DNA of 32,000 bases from Nitrosococcus oceani ATCC 19707 (GTDB lineage Bacteria > Pseudomonadota > Gammaproteobacteria > Nitrosococcales > Nitrosococcaceae), in NCBI RefSeq assembly GCF_000012805.1, contig NC_007484.1:2970001-3002000 (forward strand), given 5' to 3'. The notes under the pieces are model-generated. The model searched no databases. It had not been told where the DNA came from and saw only the letters and a program-made list of their open reading frames with translations. The translations under genes and the position numbers were made by a program. Position 1 is the stretch's first letter. The number at the start of each line of letters is the position of its first letter. Shown piece after piece: positions 27,564-32,000 of the stretch.

Positions 27564-28517
27564 ATGACGCAAGATATTCTAATACGCGCGGAACAACTAT
27601 ACCGATATTACAGTGGGCACTGCGCTGTTAAAAACGTTAGCTTCGATGTTCGGAGGGGCGAGATATTGGGCTTTCTCGGTCCTAACGGTGCCGGGAAAAC
27701 AACTACCATGCAAATCTTAGCAGGCAGCTTAGCGCCAAGTTCCGGGCAAGTGCGGATCAATGATTTCGACTTGTTAGATAAACCCAAGCAGGCCAAACAA
27801 GGTCTCGGCTACTTACCCGAAACTCCCCCGCTTTATCGGGAACTTACTGTGACGGAATATCTTGCTTTCTGCGCCCGCCTCAACCGTATACCCAGAAACC
27901 AGCAGGCAGGCGCCATTGCCTCGGCTATCAATCGCTGCGGTTTAAAAAAAGTAAGCAAACGGCTGATTGGAAATCTTTCCAAGGGCTACCAGCAGCGAGT
28001 AGGAATTGCGCAAGCTATCATTCATTCTCCCTCTGTGATTATCCTGGATGAGCCTACAGTAGGTTTAGATCCCATCCAAATTCGAGAGATTCGCGAACTT
28101 ATTCGTGAGCTGGCCCAAAAACATAGCGTCATCCTTTCCACCCACATCCTGCCGGAAGTTCAGGCTATCTGTGATCGGGTCCAGATTATTAACCAGGGAG
28201 AATTAGTGCTTACCGATACCATCGCGGGGCTCAGCCAGCGGATGGAGGCCACCAGTATCTTGGTAAGGTTTGACGCCCCCCCCACAACCGAGGCGCTAAT
28301 GTCTATAAAGGGCGTGACAAGTGTAGAAAGAGAGGAAGACGGACGATTCCGTCTTCGTTATCAACCTGATAAGCAAGATCCAGTGGAAGAACTGGTTCGC
28401 CGCACCGTTGATAAAGGCTGGCATCTGCGGGAACTCACTCCGGAGCGGCGCACCCTAGAAGAAATTTTCGTCGCCATTACCCAGACGGAAACTTCCCAGG
28501 AGCCGGTGCTACTATGA
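27564..28517 (+). CDS. ABC transporter ATP-binding protein (ABC-2 / GldA-like)
   Basis: From ATG 27564 the protein is 317 aa. It has Walker A (GPNGAGKTT), the signature LSKGYQQR, Walker B (VIILDEP) and an H-loop (STH). The stop overlaps the permease start (ATGA). The 52-codon upstream extension in the track is basic and low-complexity and is unlikely to be coding. Confidence 0.9.
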   Translation: MTQDILIRAEQLYRYYSGHCAVKNVSFDVRRGEILGFLGPNGAGKTTTMQILAGSLAPSSGQVRINDFDLLDKPKQAKQGLGYLPETPPLYRELTVTEYLAFCARLNRIPRNQQAGAIASAINRCGLKKVSKRLIGNLSKGYQQRVGIAQAIIHSPSVIILDEPTVGLDPIQIREIRELIRELAQKHSVILSTHILPEVQAICDRVQIINQGELVLTDTIAGLSQRMEATSILVRFDAPPTTEALMSIKGVTSVEREEDGRFRLRYQPDKQDPVEELVRRTVDKGWHLRELTPERRTLEEIFVAITQTETSQEPVLL

Positions 28518-29278
28518 TGGTTCTTACCTTAGCGCTACACGAACTACGCCGTTTGTTTCTCTCACCCTTAGCTTGGGCCACTTTAGCTGTTACCCAAATT
28601 CTTTTTGGTTATATGTTTTTCACCCAAGTTGCCTATTTTCTGCAGTTCCAACCCCGCCTTATGGGCCTTCCCGAAGCGCCTGGGATCACCGAAATCGTAG
28701 CTCTCCCCCTATTTCAAAATGCCGCCGTAATTATGCTCTTGATAGTCCCCCTGATGACCATGCGCCTGGTGGCCGATGAAAGGCGTGGCCGTACTCTCGC
28801 CTTATTATTCTCAGCTCCTCTCTCTATGACCGAAATTGTGATCGGTAAGTACCTAGGTACACTGGCTTTCTTTATTATCATGACTCTCTTGCTTGTTTTG
28901 ATGCCCCTTTCCCTACTCCTAGGGGGCACCCTGGATTTTGGGCTCTTGGCGGCGGGATTGCTCGGGTTGGGGCTACTGATTGCTAGTTTTACCGCCATTG
29001 GGTTATTTCTTTCCTCCCTAACCCAACAGACTACGGTAGCGGCTATTGGCTCCTTTGGCGTACTACTGTTACTCTGGATTATCGATTGGGCCGGCAATAG
29101 CGGTATTTTAAAAGAAGGGGGTGAGGAGTTATTCAGCTATCTCTCCCTGTTTCGGCACTACCAAACCTTACTAGAAGGTCAGTTCAATAGCAGTGATATT
29201 ATTTATTACCTATTGATTATAACTACCTTTTTAGTACTGAGTATCCGCCGGCTCGATGCTGACCGGCTACCTCATTAA
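28514..29278 (+). CDS. ABC-2 type transporter permease (GldF-like)
   Basis: 254 aa with about 6 predicted hydrophobic helices. It is translationally coupled to the ATPase, and its position and size match GldF-type permeases. Confidence 0.8.
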   Translation: MMVLTLALHELRRLFLSPLAWATLAVTQILFGYMFFTQVAYFLQFQPRLMGLPEAPGITEIVALPLFQNAAVIMLLIVPLMTMRLVADERRGRTLALLFSAPLSMTEIVIGKYLGTLAFFIIMTLLLVLMPLSLLLGGTLDFGLLAAGLLGLGLLIASFTAIGLFLSSLTQQTTVAAIGSFGVLLLLWIIDWAGNSGILKEGGEELFSYLSLFRHYQTLLEGQFNSSDIIYYLLIITTFLVLSIRRLDADRLPH

Positions 29279-29323
29279 TTAATTTATAATTTATCGGTAT
29301 TAAGGGGCTAACCGGGGCAGCAT

Positions 29324-30712
29324 ATGCGCGTCACTCGAAAAACTCACTGGCAAATCAGATTACAAAATCTTTTTTTCATCCTCTTATTCCTTACTATTGT
29401 GGGCCTGATTGCTGTCCTTAGCCTACGGTATAACTACCAGGCCGACTGGACCTCTAGCGGTCGTAATACCCTCTCTCAGGCAAGTCAATCGCTTCTGGAG
29501 CAACTTGAAGGACCGGTTACCATTATCAGTTTTGCTCAAGAACCCCATTCCAAGCAGCAAATTACCCAACTAGTTGAACGCTATCAGCAGCACAAACCGG
29601 ATCTAGAATTAAAGTACATCAACCCAGAAATGGCGCCTGCTCAAGTCCGGGAGCTGGAGGTTACCCTTGAAACGGATCTAGTGATTAAAAAAGATGGCCG
29701 ACAGGAAAAACTGCGGAATCTGTCTGAGGAAGGCTTGACTAATGCCCTAAATCGGGTTGCTCGCAGCGGCGAGACAAAAGTTGTCTTCCTGACGGGTCAC
29801 GGCGAGCGGGATCCCCATGGCCATACTGGTTTTGATCTCGAAAATTTTACCCAATACCTGGAAACCAAAGGGTTTCACATTCAGTTATTAAATCTAGCAA
29901 CTCAATCTCAAATTCCAGATAATATCCAGTGCTTAGTCATTGCCAGCCCCCAGGCTGATCTCTTGCCGGGCGAGGTAGAACTTATCCAGACCTATGTTAA
30001 AAAGGGTGGCCACCTACTCTGGCTAGCCGAACCCGGGCCTTTACATGGATTAGAACCGCTGGCGAAGGATCTCGGTATCACGATACTACCGGGGACCATC
30101 ATCGACCCTAGCGCTCGGCTATTACTTGGCCGTGGCAGCATTACCTTCGCCCTAGTCCCGGAATACGATGATCACGCCATTACCGAACACCTCACATCGG
30201 TTACTTTATTTCCCCGGGCGGCTGCGCTGGAGAGTACAAAAAAGAGCGGCTGGAGAACTCAAGCGGTACTTGCTACCTTGGCAAGGACCTGGGTAGAAAG
30301 TTCCGGGTTGGAAGAAAAAATCGAATTTGATCAAGGAAAAGATACTGTCGGACCTTTTACCATTGGCTTCGCTCTAAATCGAGAGCCGCCTCCCTCCAAG
30401 GAGACGGCGGCCAGTGAAGAACAAAACGCATCTGAGACCCGTACCCAGCGCATAGTCGTTATCGGCGATGGGGATTTTCTCTCCAACGCTTACCTTGGTG
30501 GGGGAGCTAATCTGGATTTGGGCCTTAATCTTATTAACTGGCTTACCCATGAAGACCGCTTTATCGCCATTCCAGCACGGACGCGCCCCGATACCACTCT
30601 CCAGCTTTCTTCCACAGCTTCTTGGGCAATCGGTCTAGGATTTTTACTGGTATTACCCGCGACATTACTAAGCCTTGGGTTATTCATCTGGTGGCGGCGG
30701 CGCCAACGTTAA
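29324..30712 (+). CDS. GldG-like ABC-transporter auxiliary component (bitopic, large extracytoplasmic domain)
   Basis: 462 aa with an N-terminal TM (LFFILLFLTIVGLIAVLSL), a C-terminal TM followed by a WWRRRQR anchor, and a large middle domain. Its architecture and its position after the ABC-2 ATPase/permease are typical of the GldG / ABC_transp_aux family. Confidence 0.7.
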   Translation: MRVTRKTHWQIRLQNLFFILLFLTIVGLIAVLSLRYNYQADWTSSGRNTLSQASQSLLEQLEGPVTIISFAQEPHSKQQITQLVERYQQHKPDLELKYINPEMAPAQVRELEVTLETDLVIKKDGRQEKLRNLSEEGLTNALNRVARSGETKVVFLTGHGERDPHGHTGFDLENFTQYLETKGFHIQLLNLATQSQIPDNIQCLVIASPQADLLPGEVELIQTYVKKGGHLLWLAEPGPLHGLEPLAKDLGITILPGTIIDPSARLLLGRGSITFALVPEYDDHAITEHLTSVTLFPRAAALESTKKSGWRTQAVLATLARTWVESSGLEEKIEFDQGKDTVGPFTIGFALNREPPPSKETAASEEQNASETRTQRIVVIGDGDFLSNAYLGGGANLDLGLNLINWLTHEDRFIAIPARTRPDTTLQLSSTASWAIGLGFLLVLPATLLSLGLFIWWRRRQR

Positions 30713-30724
30713 AGCAAAATTTCT

Positions 30725-31609
30725 ATGAACACACGCACCTTGCTTAATTTTACCCTCCTGGCTATTGCCGGACTCCTGGCTTGGGTTGTTTTTTATGAGC
30801 CGGGGACTGCCCCTGAACCCGCTTCACTCCCACTCACGTCCATCAATGCTGAACGCATCCAGACAATCCGTGTGGTCCATAAGTCCCGCCAAGAGATCCG
30901 GCTGGAGCAAAAGCAGGGAAATTGGTTCGTTACGGCTCCTATCCAAGCACCGGCTAACACATCTATGGTCGAAACACTGCTAAGTATCGCAAAAACTCCA
31001 AGCCATAGCCACTACCCGGTTCAAGATATGAACCTTGGCAACTTAAATTTAGAACCTCCTGAAGCCCACTTATACCTAGATGACCTAGCACTCGCCTTTG
31101 GCACCACGGAACCGCTACACCAACGCCGCTATGTTTTGGTGAAAGATATGGTTCATCTCATTAGCGGCAACGCTTTTCAGGCCGTTGCTTCGGGCGCCGC
31201 CGATTTTGTCGATCCAGCCTTGCTTCCCGGCGACTACGCCATCACCGAACTGCGGCTCCCCCAGGTCATGATCGAGGCGGGTAATCCAAAGGTCAGCCCT
31301 AAACGCACCATTGTGCTACGCCGAACTCAAGAGACCTGGAGCGCCGAAGGCGCCAATAGCAAGCCGGCCAGCGAAGCAATTGCAAAGCTAGTCAAAGCCT
31401 GGCAACAACATACCGCCCAACAAGTCGAGCTGAAAGGAAACAGGGCAACACTGGTTACTATTGAGGTACAACGGGAAGGAGCTCCCCCTATTCACCTTGA
31501 GCTTCTTGCGGCCCTACCCCGTTTAATATTGGCCCGATCAGATTTTGGAGTCGAATACCATTTATCCATCTCCGCCTGGAATACCCTATTTCAGTTGCCC
31601 CGAAACTGA
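30725..31609 (+). CDS. Membrane-anchored hypothetical protein, probably DUF4340 family
   Basis: 294 aa with a single N-terminal TM (LLNFTLLAIAGLLAWVVFY) and a soluble remainder. It starts 12 nt after the GldG-like gene. The family call rests mainly on the usual GldG-DUF4340 pairing, not on a recognised motif. Confidence 0.5.
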   Translation: MNTRTLLNFTLLAIAGLLAWVVFYEPGTAPEPASLPLTSINAERIQTIRVVHKSRQEIRLEQKQGNWFVTAPIQAPANTSMVETLLSIAKTPSHSHYPVQDMNLGNLNLEPPEAHLYLDDLALAFGTTEPLHQRRYVLVKDMVHLISGNAFQAVASGAADFVDPALLPGDYAITELRLPQVMIEAGNPKVSPKRTIVLRRTQETWSAEGANSKPASEAIAKLVKAWQQHTAQQVELKGNRATLVTIEVQREGAPPIHLELLAALPRLILARSDFGVEYHLSISAWNTLFQLPRN

Positions 31610-31672
31610 CCTAGAAGTTAAATAATTTTAAGATAGAGAAACCTGGCAAATCACCCATAGCGGACAAAACCA

Positions 31673-32000
31673 GTGCCCGAACTGCCAGAGGTCGAAACCG
31701 TTCGTCGTGGCATCGAGCCGCACCTAGTAGGCCGCCAAATACATACGGTTATTGTCCGAGAATCGCGTCTACGCTGGCCAATTCCGCTCTCCTTAACCCA
31801 GAATCTTATTGGCCAGTCCTTTCTTGCTGTAGGACGCCGTGGCAAATACCTCCTTTTAAGTTGTACTCAGGGTACGATTATTCTTCACCTCGGTATGTCT
31901 GGCAGTCTACGTCTGGTCACTACTAATACACCACATGGAAAGCATGATCATCTTGATATCGTATTGAATAATGGCCGCTGTTTGCGTTTCAATGATCCCC
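31673..32000 (+). CDS. mutM: Formamidopyrimidine-DNA glycosylase, N-terminal part (3' end outside window; absent from ORF track)
   Basis: A GTG at 31673 opens a frame that runs to the window edge. (M)PELPEVETVRRGIEPHLVGRQI...RRGKYLLL...LHLGMSGSL is the canonical Fpg N-terminus with catalytic Pro2/Glu3. Confidence 0.9.
   Translation, partial: MPELPEVETVRRGIEPHLVGRQIHTVIVRESRLRWPIPLSLTQNLIGQSFLAVGRRGKYLLLSCTQGTIILHLGMSGSLRLVTTNTPHGKHDHLDIVLNNGRCLRFNDP

Noticed and set aside
31651-31845. A 64-aa minus-strand ORF at the window end.
   Set aside because: It is antisense to the clearly recognisable mutM N-terminus (PELPEVETVRRG...) and its translation is Arg-rich shadow sequence.

Overview
This window looks like ordinary core chromosome of a roughly 50% GC gammaproteobacterium. 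Protein sequences and gene order would fit a Chromatiales or Nitrosococcus-like organism, but I cannot verify that without a database search. I support 37 protein-coding genes. Three of them are missing from the supplied ORF track: pqqA (23 aa), rpmG (51 aa) and a 3'-truncated mutM at the window edge. In order, the content is: hldD (partial) and waaA (LPS core); a minus-strand tusA-like / Pcm-like methyltransferase / tolC cluster; a bepA-like M48 protease; a complete pqqABCDE operon; a small PLDc_N-type membrane protein; the EF-P beta-lysylation set (efp-epmA, with epmB divergent); a short-form citrate synthase; the cell-wall/lipoate cluster mltB-rlpA-dacA-dat-lipB-lipA; gatC-gatA without gatB; a UDP-sugar 6-dehydrogenase plus uronate-epimerase pair and an EEP-family protein; rpmB-rpmG; a GC-rich acyl-lipid desaturase; a NUDIX hydrolase; a GldA/GldF/GldG-like ABC-2 exporter with a DUF4340-like fourth gene; and mutM (partial). 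I found no rRNA or tRNA genes, IS elements, integrases, CRISPR arrays, toxin-antitoxin pairs or defence-type genes. I do not see a convincing undescribed system. The best leads are modest: (1) the sulfur-carrier / non-canonical Pcm-like / TolC cluster; (2) the uncharacterised four-gene ABC-2 + GldG-like + DUF4340-like cassette; (3) a pqqA-pqqB hairpin whose loop matches a sigma-54 -24/-12 element; (4) a 470-nt gene-free spacer rich in CTACTA motifs; (5) a compositionally foreign desaturase gene. Several ORF-track starts are over-extended and are corrected below.
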